This document shows positions 9,527 to 20,336 of a stretch of DNA of 64,000 nt, piece by piece (positions within the stretch are counted from its first letter, which is position 1; every line of letters begins with the position of its first letter). The notes beneath the pieces were generated by a model. The model was not told the origin of the DNA, made no database searches, and worked only from the letters and a program-made list of their open reading frames with translations. The DNA is from an uncultured Candidatus Saccharibacteria bacterium. Lineage in GTDB: Bacteria > Patescibacteriota > Minisyncoccia > Phycocordibacterales > UBA9973. Where the stretch lies: NCBI GenBank assembly GCA_964482735.1, contig CAYZYV010000002.1:86061-150060 (forward strand), in the 5' to 3' direction. A program made the position numbers and the translations under genes.

Positions 9527-9853
9527 TTAATTCACTATGGTTTTAATTCCCGTATTTCTATCTATGTTTATCCTTTTCTCGTTTATAGTATTTAGATAAG
9601 TATTTAGTATTCCATAAACGGCAATCATGATAAACATACCAATCAATCCATATGTTATTTTTTTATTTGTTTCCTCTCGAATGTTTTTGTTGTCTGTTTG
9701 TATAAAATATTGTACAAGACCATACAAAAAGTAAAAAGTAGCCAAAGCAAACAATAGAATAATCAATGGGTTGATTAATATTCTATTTATACTACCTATC
9801 ACAGACGCAACGCTTGCCTCTGCTATTGGAATTGTTAAAAATTGAAAAATCAT
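9527..9853 (-). CDS. CPR-type TrbC/VirB2-like pilin
   Basis: Two TM helices with a charged loop, YGLIGMFIM pattern. Confidence 0.75.
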   Translation of the reverse strand: MIFQFLTIPIAEASVASVIGSINRILINPLIILLFALATFYFLYGLVQYFIQTDNKNIREETNKKITYGLIGMFIMIAVYGILNTYLNTINEKRINIDRNTGIKTIVN

Positions 9854-9868
9854 AATGACTAAACAAGA

Positions 9869-10240
9869 CTAGCAAGTTATTCCCATTGCTGGATTTGGAA
9901 CACAAGGAATGTGTTCTTTTCTTAGCTGTTCTGGTCCTACGTTAAATGTATTTGATACAACGGATAAGATTCCCCAAAATGCTACTATCAAGAATAATCC
10001 AACCAAAGCTGGTATGATATTGTCTTTTGCTTTCTTCTTTTGAGCTTCGTCCTTAGTTAATGTATATTTTATAACTGTCCCGATGAAGTAAATTACTGCT
10101 ACTGTAACCAATATAGGAGTCACATAACCCAAAAGGTTACCGATAGTGAACATAATGTCCCCTGCTGTAGTGTCAGTAGCAAAAGCTATCATAGGTGCAA
10201 AACCCATAATGGACAAAACTGGTATTAAAATCTTTTTCAT
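9869..10240 (-). CDS. CPR-type TrbC/VirB2-like pilin
   Basis: Signal peptide ending AFA; TM-KKAKDNI-TM. Confidence 0.8.
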   Translation of the reverse strand: MKKILIPVLSIMGFAPMIAFATDTTAGDIMFTIGNLLGYVTPILVTVAVIYFIGTVIKYTLTKDEAQKKKAKDNIIPALVGLFLIVAFWGILSVVSNTFNVGPEQLRKEHIPCVPNPAMGITC

Positions 10241-10358
10241 AACTTATAATTTTTAATAATAATCTTTATAATTTTGTTTACAATCGACCTGATTGTAAAA
10301 ACTCTTTCAACTAACTTATATTATACCACTTATTTCTTTAAAATACAGCAACGTAAAG

Positions 10359-10769
10359 TTATTGTTGTGTCGACGGAATTTGTGTTACTGGTAACTGTGG
10401 CATTTCATTTTTTACATTGAATGTGTCAGTGGCCACCTTAACGATACCCCACATAGCAGTCATCACAAACAAGGCTATTAGGCCACCTGTAATGAAACTC
10501 TTCCCTTTCTTTTTCTCTTCTGTGTTATCTGGATTTAAATAAAATTTTATAATTCCATAAAGAAATCCAACAGTTGCAAGCATAAACAAGAAAGGAACCA
10601 GAACCTGCATCAAAAGACAACTGGCCCAAGTAATAATTCCGGTAACGCTACCCATACTTGCACTCTTACAATTTGCAGAACCAATCAATGGATCAGCAGC
10701 ATAGGCAAACGATGTAATACCGATTATTCCAAAAACCACAAGGCTTAACAAAAATATTTTTCTTCTCAT
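10359..10769 (-). CDS. CPR-type TrbC/VirB2-like pilin
   Basis: Probable start MRRKIF; KKKGKSFITGGLIALFV pattern. Confidence 0.8.
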   Translation of the reverse strand: MRRKIFLLSLVVFGIIGITSFAYAADPLIGSANCKSASMGSVTGIITWASCLLMQVLVPFLFMLATVGFLYGIIKFYLNPDNTEEKKKGKSFITGGLIALFVMTAMWGIVKVATDTFNVKNEMPQLPVTQIPSTQQ

Positions 10770-10776
10770 GTGTTTA

Positions 10777-11205
10777 TTAAACGTTACTCTTAATTTCTTC
10801 GACCGTTGTACCAATAGCTTCTGCTATAACAAAAGCTCCAAGTAGTAAAGCTCCACCAATTAACGTATAAGTTAAAGAACTCTTGGCTGTTTTTAGTTTA
10901 TCGGGGCTTCCCTGTGCTTGTACAAAAAGAAAACCGGTATATATAATCGCAAGTATCAAAATTGGAACACCAACCTGTAATGCTATCTCTATGGCTTTTT
11001 TTACAAAGGACGGAATATCTGTAAGATTTTCACCAAGGGGATTATTTATTTTTGTGGTAACCACTATCTTGTCTGGTGAAGCTTCAGCTGTGGTTTGAGT
11101 CTTAAACATAAGAGACCCTACTATCATTGAAAAAATCATAAACACAAAACTTAAGCTTAGAATTCCAGAATATATTGTATATTTTTTATTTTTTAAATAT
11201 TTCAT
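10777..11205 (-). CDS. CPR-type TrbC/VirB2-like pilin
   Basis: INNPLG...GFLFVQAQGSPDKLKTAK..TYTLIG. Confidence 0.85.
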   Translation of the reverse strand: MKYLKNKKYTIYSGILSLSFVFMIFSMIVGSLMFKTQTTAEASPDKIVVTTKINNPLGENLTDIPSFVKKAIEIALQVGVPILILAIIYTGFLFVQAQGSPDKLKTAKSSLTYTLIGGALLLGAFVIAEAIGTTVEEIKSNV

Positions 11206-11221
11206 AACCTAAAAATTAATT

Positions 11222-11635
11222 TTAATAACTTGTTAAATAACTTTCTCCATTAAAACCGAACCCTTTCAATATAGTATCGACAATCAACCAAGAACACAAA
11301 ACCAGTAAATATCCAAGTAAAGAGTTTTTAATTATTTTCTTTGCTTTATTTTTAGTTGTTGCATTCCCTGATGAGGTCATATACAAAAAGCCAGCATATA
11401 TAAATAAAATAGCAAATATAGGTGTAATCAGGTATTTAACAGCCCAATCTATTATGTAATTCAACATCGTCATGAAATAATCAAAACCACAGGCGTCTTC
11501 AAATGTTCCATCTGGTAGTGCTTTGGTATTACAAACAGGAACCAGTCCACTCATTTGGACTTCTTCAGCCATAATGACTCCTGGGATAATTAAGATAGAT
11601 AATGTTATGACGTGTGCTAATATTTTTTTAAACAT
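11222..11635 (-). CDS. CPR-type TrbC/VirB2-like pilin
   Basis: GLVPVC..C; YAGFLYMTSSGN....KAK. Confidence 0.85.
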   Translation of the reverse strand: MFKKILAHVITLSILIIPGVIMAEEVQMSGLVPVCNTKALPDGTFEDACGFDYFMTMLNYIIDWAVKYLITPIFAILFIYAGFLYMTSSGNATTKNKAKKIIKNSLLGYLLVLCSWLIVDTILKGFGFNGESYLTSY

Positions 11636-11645
11636 AAAAATTTAA

Positions 11646-12983
11646 TTACTTTAGAATAATATCTAACTGATCACTGGCTTTATTTATTGCCTGACTAGGG
11701 CTTAAACTATTTGAAAGTGAACTCTCCACCATATCTTGGAATATGGAGCTAGTTTGTTTTTTGTCTACATCTATCCAGGTTCTTGAAATTAAAGCAGAAT
11801 CAAAAAATGTGTGCAAATACGAATTATCAACTGGCTTTTCTGCTATGAGAGATTTAATTGCAGGTGGTAAAGACAAAGCTCGAGATAATTCTTTTACATT
11901 GTCTGGGCTTGTCATCAAACCTAAAACAGTGAAGGCAGTTGTTAAGTTAGTGGATTTTTTGTTTATTACAACTCCATAAATTTCACCGAATGTTTTATCA
12001 ACGCTTGATCCTTTTGATTGAAGCATTTTTGTTACATCAAAACTAAGATTAGGATTCATCTCTTCTATTTTAAATAATTCACTAGCCCGTCCAACATAAA
12101 AAGCTAATTTACCTTCGGCAAAAACATCAAGTGAATTTGCTAAAGACTTATTCCAAGAATAAGCAGACTTTGAAACATTAGAAAATTCCAAGAAAAATTG
12201 TAGGACAGATTCTGCTGGGGTAACTTGATAATTCTTAGAATTGTCTCTTAAAAGAGACTCATAGGAAACAGTGCTTGTTGTTTGATCAGAGTTACCAGAC
12301 GTTCTAGTAAGAATTTTTTCTACTATATTGTTATCATTTTGAATCAACAAAGTAGCCAAAATATCTTTTGCGTTATTCACATTAGAAAACTGCCCCAGTG
12401 CTATCATGCTTTGGTCAATTTTCCCAAAATTATCTCTCTTTGTTAGAGTTTCATTTAACTCAAACAGCTGATCCCATGTTTTAGGTAAGCTAGGTATTCT
12501 ATTATTTGTTAATATGTCTTTGTTATAATAAACAACTAGAGGATCAACATATAAAGGTAATCCGACAATTCCATCTTGGTCTATGTATATTTGAGCCCCC
12601 TCAATAAAAGTATCTTTGAAATTTTTTTGTGGATAAGCAGTGTAAGGAATTTTATAAATAAAGTTAGCATTTCTTTTCATCATACCTGGATCTATTATAA
12701 ATAAATCAGGACCTGAACCATTTGCAAAAGCTTCAATAAGTTCTTGCTGGTAAGTTTCTTCTGATTTTTTTACATAGTTTATGATTAATTCATCATTATC
12801 ATTTTCGATTTTATCTTTTATTGCTCTCATTGCCGTAGCATCTTGAGTCCCCCACACAAGAATTTTTCCTTGAACAGAAGCTTCTTTATCTTTCCCTATT
12901 TGTATAACATCAGCAAAAATTAAAACAGCAAAAACAAAGACAGATGCTAAGATGGCTAATAAAATTGTTTGAAAATTACTCAT
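11646..12983 (-). CDS. extracellular solute-binding protein (sugar ABC-type family)
   Basis: GSGPDLF, GLPLYVDPLVVYYNKDIL, PKTWDQL; N-terminal TM. Confidence 0.85.
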   Translation of the reverse strand: MSNFQTILLAILASVFVFAVLIFADVIQIGKDKEASVQGKILVWGTQDATAMRAIKDKIENDNDELIINYVKKSEETYQQELIEAFANGSGPDLFIIDPGMMKRNANFIYKIPYTAYPQKNFKDTFIEGAQIYIDQDGIVGLPLYVDPLVVYYNKDILTNNRIPSLPKTWDQLFELNETLTKRDNFGKIDQSMIALGQFSNVNNAKDILATLLIQNDNNIVEKILTRTSGNSDQTTSTVSYESLLRDNSKNYQVTPAESVLQFFLEFSNVSKSAYSWNKSLANSLDVFAEGKLAFYVGRASELFKIEEMNPNLSFDVTKMLQSKGSSVDKTFGEIYGVVINKKSTNLTTAFTVLGLMTSPDNVKELSRALSLPPAIKSLIAEKPVDNSYLHTFFDSALISRTWIDVDKKQTSSIFQDMVESSLSNSLSPSQAINKASDQLDIILK

Positions 12984-13503
12984 ATTTAAAAATTATACCA
13001 TAATGGTTAGCACCAACACTAATTCGTTCGTCTAATTTAAAACCTCTTTTTTCAAATAAATCTCTGGCTTTATCTTCCGTTATTAAATTTTCTGATTTTG
13101 GTCCATCGACGCCAAAAGAATACACCCAATCGATGAGCAAAACCTTTCCACCTCTTTTTAAGATTCTTCTAGCTTCTTCTATGAGTCCAGCTCTGTCTTC
13201 TGAAAGAGAAAGGACGTTTGATACTATAACAGCATCAATACTATTATCAGATAATTTGGTTCCACCTTTTCTTTCAATATCTCCCCAAATACATTCAACG
13301 TTAGAAACTCCCCAATTTCTTAGCTCAACTTCTAATTTTCTAACTAATTCTTTTTGAACTTCAATCGCAAAAATTTTACCAGATGGTCCAACCCTTGGAC
13401 TACAAGCCCTAGAATAAAATCCTGTTCCTGCACCGAAATCCGCCACCCGCATTCCTTCGGTTAATCCTAGCTTTAAAATATTTTGTTCGGGGCTACTAAA
13501 CAT
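12976..13503 (-). CDS. class I SAM-dependent methyltransferase
   Basis: VADFGAGTG motif I; RILKRGG. Confidence 0.9.
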   Translation of the reverse strand: MFSSPEQNILKLGLTEGMRVADFGAGTGFYSRACSPRVGPSGKIFAIEVQKELVRKLEVELRNWGVSNVECIWGDIERKGGTKLSDNSIDAVIVSNVLSLSEDRAGLIEEARRILKRGGKVLLIDWVYSFGVDGPKSENLITEDKARDLFEKRGFKLDERISVGANHYGIIFKYE

Positions 13504-13530
13504 ATTTATTATTATATCACATTATCTAAA

Positions 13531-15987
13531 TTACAAAAATGTAATTGAGGCAATATTATCTCCAGCACGCAATTTCATGACTGTCACTCCTTGAGTTTGT
13601 CTTCCAGATGTAGGAATTGAATCAAGGCTAACTCTAATCACTTGTCCTTTTTGGGAAACAGCTATGATCTCTCCTTGATCTTTTACTATTCCAGCCACTA
13701 TTAACTTCCCTGTTTTTGGAGTAACTTTTGCAGTCTTTATTCCGGATCCACCTCTTTTTTGTGTTTTATATTCTTTAACATTGGTCTTTTTACCTAATCC
13801 GTTTGAGCTTAATGTTAGAATAGCAGAATCTTTTTCTCCTTTTGGTATTCTATCTACTCCAATAACAAAATCTCCTTTTCCTAATTTTATCGCTCTTACG
13901 CCTCCTGCGCCTCTACCCATTTCTCTGACATCAGTTTCTTTAAATCTTATTGATTGCCCTAGAGTTGTAGCCAACATAACTTCATCTCCTTTTGAAATTG
14001 GAAGAACGGCCTGAAGCTCGTCATCTTTTTCAAGTTTTATAGCGATAAGACCACTTCTTCTAACATCTTTGAAGCTTTCTGCACCAACTTTCTTGGCTAT
14101 ACCATTCTTGGTTACCATCATTAAGGTTTCTACTGTTTTCTTGGTTTCTTTATCTATAGGCAAAATTGAAGATACTTTCTCATCACCATCTAAAGATAAG
14201 TAATTCATTATAGATTTACCTTTTGTTGCTCTTTTACCTTCTGGTAAATCATACATTTTAATTTGATAAGCCTTACCTTTGTTTGTAAAGAATAATAAAT
14301 CGCTATGAGTATTGGCTGAGATAAGCATAGTAACAAAGTCCTCTTCTTTAGGTTCTATGTCGATTACCCCAACTCCACCTCTCTTTTGAGTTCGATATTC
14401 GCCTGGATCTGTTCTCTTAACATATCCACCTTTTGTAAATACAAGTACTGATTCTTTTTCAGGAATTAGATCTTCTTCGTTAATTGCCTTTACTCCACCT
14501 TTTACTATTTTTGTTCTTCTATCATCAGCATACCTTTCTTTAACCTCTTTAAGCTCATCACTAATAACTTTCATTAGTTTTTTGGGACTAGCTAGAAGTG
14601 CTTCTAATTCTTTAATCAAAGCTTGTTTTTCTGCCAATTCTAATTCAATATTTTTTCTTTCAAGTCCAGCAAGCTTTTGCAATTTCATTTCCAAAATAGC
14701 AATAGCTTGTAACTCTGAGAATTTAAATTCTTTCATCAAGTTAGCTTTAGCTACCGTGGTATCTTTAGATGCTCTAATAACAGCTATCACGCGATCAATA
14801 TGATCCAAAGCCTTCTTAAGTCCAAGAAGGATATGCTCACGATCTTTTGCTTTTCTTAAATCAAATTCCGTTCTACGTCGAACAACTTCTTCTCTGTGTA
14901 ATATGAATTCTGAAATCAAACTCTTGAGTGATAATGTTTGAGGTACACCATCTACAAGTGCAACAATATTGAAATTAAAAGATTGTTCTAATTGTGTATG
15001 TTTATAAATATAATTTAAAACCTTTTGAGGAACTATTCCATTCTTAAGTTCTATAACTATCCTTATGTCTTTTGTTGATTCGTCTCGAAGAGCTTTAACA
15101 CCTTCAAGCTTTTTTTCTTGTACCAAATCAGCTATAGATTCTATTAAGGTAGCCTTGTTCACACGGTAAGGAATAGAAGTAATTACTATATTAAAAGTAC
15201 CGTTCTTTTGCTCAATTATTTCAGCCTCTCCTCGAGTAACGACACCTCCTCGTCCTGTTGAATACGCATGGATCAAATCTGTTTGACCATATACGATTCC
15301 ACCTATTGGGAAATCAGGACCCTTAACAAACTGCATTAAATCTTCTGTAGAAGCATCTTTATTTTCTATTAGGTGAATAGTTGCATCTATTACTTCTCCT
15401 AAATTATGAGGTGGAATATTTGTAGCCATTCCAACAGCAATTCCAAGAGTTCCATTTAATAAAAGATTAGGTACGGCTGTGGGTAAAACAGCTGGTTCTT
15501 TTTTGGTTTGATCATAGTTAGGTCTAAAATCAACTGTTTCTTTTTGTAAATCTTGAAGAAGAAGAGATGACACCTTGGACATCTTAGCCTCTGTATACCT
15601 CATAGCCGCAGCCCCATCTCCATCGATAGATCCGAAGTTACCTTGACCTTGAACTAATGGATAACGATAAGAAAAATCTTGTGCCATTCCTACCATAGAA
15701 TCGTAAACTGCCGCATCTCCATGAGGGTGGTATTTTCCAAGCACATCTCCGACTACTGCAGCACTTTTTCTGTAACGAGCTTGATAAGTTAAGCCCATTT
15801 CATTCATAGCGAACAAGATACGACGATGAACTGGTTTTAATCCATCTCGCACATCAGGCAACGCTCGATCCGTAATAACAGACATGGCATAGTCGATAAA
15901 AGACTCTTTCATTTCGGTACTAATTTCAACAGAAATCACACCTTCTTTTTTGTTTATATCCAAATTTTTCTCTTCTTCTTTTTTCAT
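13531..15987 (-). CDS. gyrA: DNA gyrase subunit A
   Basis: [26 protein letters not shown], GyrA-box QKRGGVG. Confidence 0.98.
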   Translation of the reverse strand: MKKEEEKNLDINKKEGVISVEISTEMKESFIDYAMSVITDRALPDVRDGLKPVHRRILFAMNEMGLTYQARYRKSAAVVGDVLGKYHPHGDAAVYDSMVGMAQDFSYRYPLVQGQGNFGSIDGDGAAAMRYTEAKMSKVSSLLLQDLQKETVDFRPNYDQTKKEPAVLPTAVPNLLLNGTLGIAVGMATNIPPHNLGEVIDATIHLIENKDASTEDLMQFVKGPDFPIGGIVYGQTDLIHAYSTGRGGVVTRGEAEIIEQKNGTFNIVITSIPYRVNKATLIESIADLVQEKKLEGVKALRDESTKDIRIVIELKNGIVPQKVLNYIYKHTQLEQSFNFNIVALVDGVPQTLSLKSLISEFILHREEVVRRRTEFDLRKAKDREHILLGLKKALDHIDRVIAVIRASKDTTVAKANLMKEFKFSELQAIAILEMKLQKLAGLERKNIELELAEKQALIKELEALLASPKKLMKVISDELKEVKERYADDRRTKIVKGGVKAINEEDLIPEKESVLVFTKGGYVKRTDPGEYRTQKRGGVGVIDIEPKEEDFVTMLISANTHSDLLFFTNKGKAYQIKMYDLPEGKRATKGKSIMNYLSLDGDEKVSSILPIDKETKKTVETLMMVTKNGIAKKVGAESFKDVRRSGLIAIKLEKDDELQAVLPISKGDEVMLATTLGQSIRFKETDVREMGRGAGGVRAIKLGKGDFVIGVDRIPKGEKDSAILTLSSNGLGKKTNVKEYKTQKRGGSGIKTAKVTPKTGKLIVAGIVKDQGEIIAVSQKGQVIRVSLDSIPTSGRQTQGVTVMKLRAGDNIASITFL

Positions 15988-16012
15988 ATTTTATTCTTTA
16001 TATTATTATTCT

Positions 16013-16354
16013 TTATTGAAAAAGATTTTCTTCTATGCGATCCATGTCTGGTCCACTTTCTTCAATTTTTTGTTTATCACCTGACTCTAATAAATTTTCT
16101 TTAACTTCTCCAAGATTAGCATCTGAAACACTATCTTTTATTCCATCATATGTTTCAGAGAATGACTTAATTAGCATCGTAAACGGGCTTGGACCTGTAT
16201 CTTCTTCTACCTTTTTTTGTTTTTTATCTTTTACACCTAGGGTTGAAAGCCAAACCAAAACTACCAGGGACATCAATATCACCATCACAAATAAAACAAT
16301 TTGTTTCCTTTGTTCTTCTGGTTTTTGTTTTATTTTATGGATAAACTTACTCAT
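16013..16354 (-). CDS. hypothetical single-pass membrane protein
   Basis: ORF in a co-directional run; one TM helix. Confidence 0.75.
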   Translation of the reverse strand: MSKFIHKIKQKPEEQRKQIVLFVMVILMSLVVLVWLSTLGVKDKKQKKVEEDTGPSPFTMLIKSFSETYDGIKDSVSDANLGEVKENLLESGDKQKIEESGPDMDRIEENLFQ

Positions 16355-16357
16355 GAT

Positions 16358-16984
16358 CTATTCAGTTAGTATTATTATTTTATTTTCTTTACCTGTTAAG
16401 TCTTTTGATTTAATAACTAATTTTTCCATCTTTTCTGCATTTTCTTGACCTGCTTCTTTCAAAAAGGCCTTAAGAGTTTTTTCATCGTAATCCATAGGAA
16501 TAATTATTTTTGGTTCAAAGGTTGTTGCAAGCTTGTATGCTTTTTCTGGATCCAATAAATCATTATTACCAATCGGAACAAACAAAATATCTGGTGACGC
16601 GATTTGTTCTCGTGCACTCGCACTTATTTTCTCATCTCCTATAGCACCAAGAAAACAAATTGAAATATTTTCGATAATAACAGAATAAATAGTATTAATA
16701 TATTTCTTACCTTCTAAATTTGTTTCTGATAAAACCCCTTTGATATAAACATCTTTGATTTCATAATCCCCAGGACCAGAAACAGAAAAAGGCACGGTAT
16801 CTCCATGAGAAACCATTTCAAACCCATTATAATCTTTGTGATTAGTTGTTGATAAAGCGATGTCCGAACCAAACTTAGAAACCTTAGCTGACAATTTAGA
16901 ATCTTTACTGATTGGATTAAAGGCGACAGTTAAATCTCCTTGGCTGATTTTAAAGAATTGCTTACCTAAATATGTGATTATCAT
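16358..16984 (-). CDS. MBL-fold metallo-hydrolase-like protein
   Basis: MIITYLG..FFKI, GPGDYEI, PDILFVPIG, EPKIIIPM; metal ligands look degenerate. Confidence 0.8.
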   Translation of the reverse strand: MIITYLGKQFFKISQGDLTVAFNPISKDSKLSAKVSKFGSDIALSTTNHKDYNGFEMVSHGDTVPFSVSGPGDYEIKDVYIKGVLSETNLEGKKYINTIYSVIIENISICFLGAIGDEKISASAREQIASPDILFVPIGNNDLLDPEKAYKLATTFEPKIIIPMDYDEKTLKAFLKEAGQENAEKMEKLVIKSKDLTGKENKIIILTE

Positions 16985-17025
16985 GTCTATATTATATCAA
17001 ATTTTTAGAGAAAACAAAAGAAAAA

Positions 17026-17811
17026 TTATCGCACACAACGGACATAGCTCCCATTATAATCATGACTACCACTAAGTAAATAGCCATAGTTCATGTGCTG
17101 AACGTAGGCAAGAGTGGAAGGCGACGACGGAACTGGAGTAGAAGCCCAATAATAGTGAGCAGTAAATCCAACTGGGGCATAGGGGTCAGCATCCCCTTCT
17201 GGTTGAGCTTTTGAATACCAAGCATTAGATAATGTTTTTAATTGTTCAATAGATGGAAGCCGTCCGCCATTTTTAGCACAAGCATTCCTAGATACAATCC
17301 AAGTCATACCAGAATTGGTATCAGGAGTAACAAAAGCACCATTTAAATCAACTCCACGTGTATCCCATTTAACGACACCATTTTCGTCTACAGACCAAGC
17401 TTTAAACTCATTAGTGTCATAAATGAGAGCAGTCGCACCAAAACGTTGATAATCATCTCCGTCAAAAACATCAGCCCCCACAGACCACCCTGTTCCATAG
17501 AAACTAAAGCACCTAACTACAACCCCTTGATCAATAAGCGGTTGAACAATTTTTGCTAAATTATTATTTGGTCCTGTACAATTTAAATTTCCATCATTAG
17601 ACCCTATAAAACTACCACTTTCTACCTGATTTAACGCCGCCTGATTATATAGTTGTTTCAAAGTTGATTTGATTGTAGCAACTTTCCCCTTTTCTCTTGC
17701 AGAATTTAGCGAAGCAATAACTACAGCAGAAAGTATTCCAATGATAGCAATAACTACAAGAAGTTCGATTAATGTGAAAGCCCTGTTTGGTTTTAAAAAT
17801 TCCTTTTTCAC
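17026..17811 (-). CDS. type IV pilin N-terminus fused to a DUF1566/CLec-like C-terminal domain
   Basis: AFTLIELLVVIAIIGIL; GGRLPSIEQL, YYWAST, YVRCVR; GTG start 6 nt after TGGTATAAT. Confidence 0.85.
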   Translation of the reverse strand: MKKEFLKPNRAFTLIELLVVIAIIGILSAVVIASLNSAREKGKVATIKSTLKQLYNQAALNQVESGSFIGSNDGNLNCTGPNNNLAKIVQPLIDQGVVVRCFSFYGTGWSVGADVFDGDDYQRFGATALIYDTNEFKAWSVDENGVVKWDTRGVDLNGAFVTPDTNSGMTWIVSRNACAKNGGRLPSIEQLKTLSNAWYSKAQPEGDADPYAPVGFTAHYYWASTPVPSSPSTLAYVQHMNYGYLLSGSHDYNGSYVRCVR

Positions 17812-17852
17812 TTTTTTATTATACCACAATTATTATTTAGCAAAATATAGTC

Positions 17853-17939
17853 TTTCCCCTAGGTCCGACCTAGGGGAAATTATCACAGGTCAGACCTATG
17901 ATAACAGTGGAGGTCTTGCCTCATACTAGGCAAGACCTC
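17853..17939. repeat. cluster of AGGTC/GACCT palindromes (REP-like)
   Basis: Palindromes at 17853-17879, 17887-17897 and 17910-17939. Confidence 0.7.
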
Positions 17940-18224
17940 GGGAATATTGAAATAAATGTTGTTGTTGTCAAATTTCTAATAAACGACAATCAAAGTAAAA
18001 ATTCAGAAATATAAAAACATACCCATAGTAAGCGATAGCTTAGTATGGGTATGGATGTTAAGAATTTACTATATTAACTTACTACTACTTCATTTCCCTT
18101 GCCCCCATATTTTCCCCTATCACAGGGATAGGGGAAAATCCTATTTGTATGTTTTAAGAAAAGCTAACCTAACAAAACAAACTTTTATATATGAGACATG
18201 GCTAAAATGTGTTATAATTCTTTC

Positions 18225-18812
18225 ATGATGTTAATAGTAGGATTAGGAAATCCAGGAGAAGAATACAAGAACACAAGACACAATACAGGTCGTATGATTC
18301 TTGAAAACATTGCCAAAAGTAATGATTTTTCAGACTGGAAAAATAACTTAAAATTAAAAGCCTTATATGCAAAGGGTGAAATAGATGGTGCAAAATTAGA
18401 CTTCATGCTTCCTGAAACTTTTATGAATAATTCAGGTGTAGCTGTCTCACAAGTTATTAACGACAAGAAAAAATTAAAAAATCTAGTTGTTATTTATGAT
18501 GATATGGACTTACCTCTTGGGCATTATAAAATTTCATATAACAAAAGTTCAGGTGGGCACAATGGTCTAGCTTCAATAATCAAAAAAGTAAAGTCTCAAG
18601 AATTTACAAGGATCCGTATCGGAGTCTCACCTTCTACACCAACCGGCAAAATGAAAAAACCAAAAGGCGAAGATGCTGTTCTCAAGTTTCTTCTTGGTAA
18701 ATACAAAGAAGATGAATTAAAGGAAATCAAAAAGGTTTCTAAAAAAGTTTCTGAAATTATAAAAATGATTTCAGAAGAAGGCAAAGATAAAGCAATGACT
18801 TTATTCAATTAA
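18225..18812 (+). CDS. pth: peptidyl-tRNA hydrolase
   Basis: LIVGLGNPG, TRHNTG, PETFMNNSG, GGHNG, RIRIG. Confidence 0.97.
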   Translation: MMLIVGLGNPGEEYKNTRHNTGRMILENIAKSNDFSDWKNNLKLKALYAKGEIDGAKLDFMLPETFMNNSGVAVSQVINDKKKLKNLVVIYDDMDLPLGHYKISYNKSSGGHNGLASIIKKVKSQEFTRIRIGVSPSTPTGKMKKPKGEDAVLKFLLGKYKEDELKEIKKVSKKVSEIIKMISEEGKDKAMTLFN

Positions 18813-18872
18813 AATTTTAAAAAAGAAAAAACTCTCAGTTGAGAGTTTTTTCTTTTAGTCTTTCGACAAAAA

Positions 18873-19991
18873 TTATTCAGCTTTCTTTTGGTCTTCTAGA
18901 TAAACTAGAGTCATTCTTTGATCTTTTGGTTCAAACAATGTTACTTGAAAATTATATGTCTTTCCTAGTTCAAGAGCCTTTCTTAGATTCTCTTCAGATC
19001 CAAATCCTGAGTTGTGAACCAATCCTGCTACTCCTTGCTTGATAGAAACCAAAGCACCGTGTTTGTTGAATTTAATAACTACCCCAGAAACGATATCTCC
19101 TTTCTTTAGATTGTCTTCAAATTCTTTCCAAGGATTTTCTTTTAGAGCCTTAATAGAAAGAGAAATTTTTCCATCTTTTATTTCTATTATTTTAGCCTTA
19201 ACATTATCTCCAACCTTGAACATGGATCTTGGATCTTCTACTAGACCCCAATCAATTTCAGAAATGTGAACTAATCCTTCTAGACCTTCTTCTAATTTCA
19301 AGAATACTCCGAAATCAACAATTCCTGCAACGGCACATTCTAATTCATCTCCAACCTTATACTTTTCAACTATCTCTTGTCTCTCTTCTGGATTATTATC
19401 CTTTTCAGAGAAGATAAGTTTACCTTCTTTTGGTAAAGCAGAAATGATTATCACTTCTATCCTCTTTCCAATCAAAAGTTTTAGGGCTTTCAATATTTTA
19501 TCTTTATCAGAATCTTCTACTCTAGGATAGTGATCACTCTTTAATTGTGAGGCTGGTAAGAATCCTGCGATTCCTTGCCATTCAAGAATCAAACCTCCCT
19601 TGTTAGCCTCCTTTACAGTAAGCTCTAGAGTTGTTTTTGACTTGATAGCTTTTTCTGCTTCACTCCAAATTAGAGCTTGTTTAGCTTCTTTCAAAGAAAG
19701 TTCAATGTATCCTTCTTCATTATCCAATCCTGTAACTTTTGCTTTAACAGTGTCTCCGATATTAACCTTTCGGATAATATCTTTTGCATTTATAAATTCT
19801 CTTCCATATATAATACCAGTTCCATAAGGAGCAAGATCTATATAGACTGAAGATTTAAGAATCGCAATAACTGGACCTTCAACTAAAGCCTCTATTTGAG
19901 GAGGTAGTTCAGCTTTATCTAATTTTTTCATAAAACTAGAATCTGCTTTAGCGTGATCCACAGTATCTTTTTTTTCTGTATCTTTTTCCAT
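18873..19991 (-). CDS. rpsA: 30S ribosomal protein S1 (four S1 domains)
   Basis: Repeated S1 motifs: GFLPASQL, FGVF..EGLVHISEI, KISLSIK. Confidence 0.9.
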   Translation of the reverse strand: MEKDTEKKDTVDHAKADSSFMKKLDKAELPPQIEALVEGPVIAILKSSVYIDLAPYGTGIIYGREFINAKDIIRKVNIGDTVKAKVTGLDNEEGYIELSLKEAKQALIWSEAEKAIKSKTTLELTVKEANKGGLILEWQGIAGFLPASQLKSDHYPRVEDSDKDKILKALKLLIGKRIEVIIISALPKEGKLIFSEKDNNPEERQEIVEKYKVGDELECAVAGIVDFGVFLKLEEGLEGLVHISEIDWGLVEDPRSMFKVGDNVKAKIIEIKDGKISLSIKALKENPWKEFEDNLKKGDIVSGVVIKFNKHGALVSIKQGVAGLVHNSGFGSEENLRKALELGKTYNFQVTLFEPKDQRMTLVYLEDQKKAE

Positions 19992-20336
19992 AAATTATTT
20001 TAAACTAAAAAAACCGCATCTTTACCAATCTTACGAAAGGTCTTGCGGCACAGTTGAAGCTCTCTTGGTTTGAATTCAAAAATAAAAAACAAAAGGATTA
20101 ATCTTCTAACTGGGCTATTAATGAGCTTACAATACTATATTTTTCCAATTCTTGCAAGTGTTTTGATGAAATAATTTTGTCAAAACTCTATGACACATTT
20201 ATTAGCCTTCTGTCAATAGTATTTATGTGGTAAAATAGTGCTCATAAAACCCTTTTAGATAAACGATGGGTAACATTATTAGGTTAATTTTGCAGATAAT
20301 ACGACCTTTAAACGATCGCAACCTGCGCATAATAGA

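Noticed and set aside
20301-20309. ACGACCTTT in the lepB leader, complementary to 16S V1, as an alternative SD; AGGTCG in leaders near 10285 and 53276
   Set aside because: Too few instances, in inconsistent orientation and spacing; needs a genome-wide motif test.
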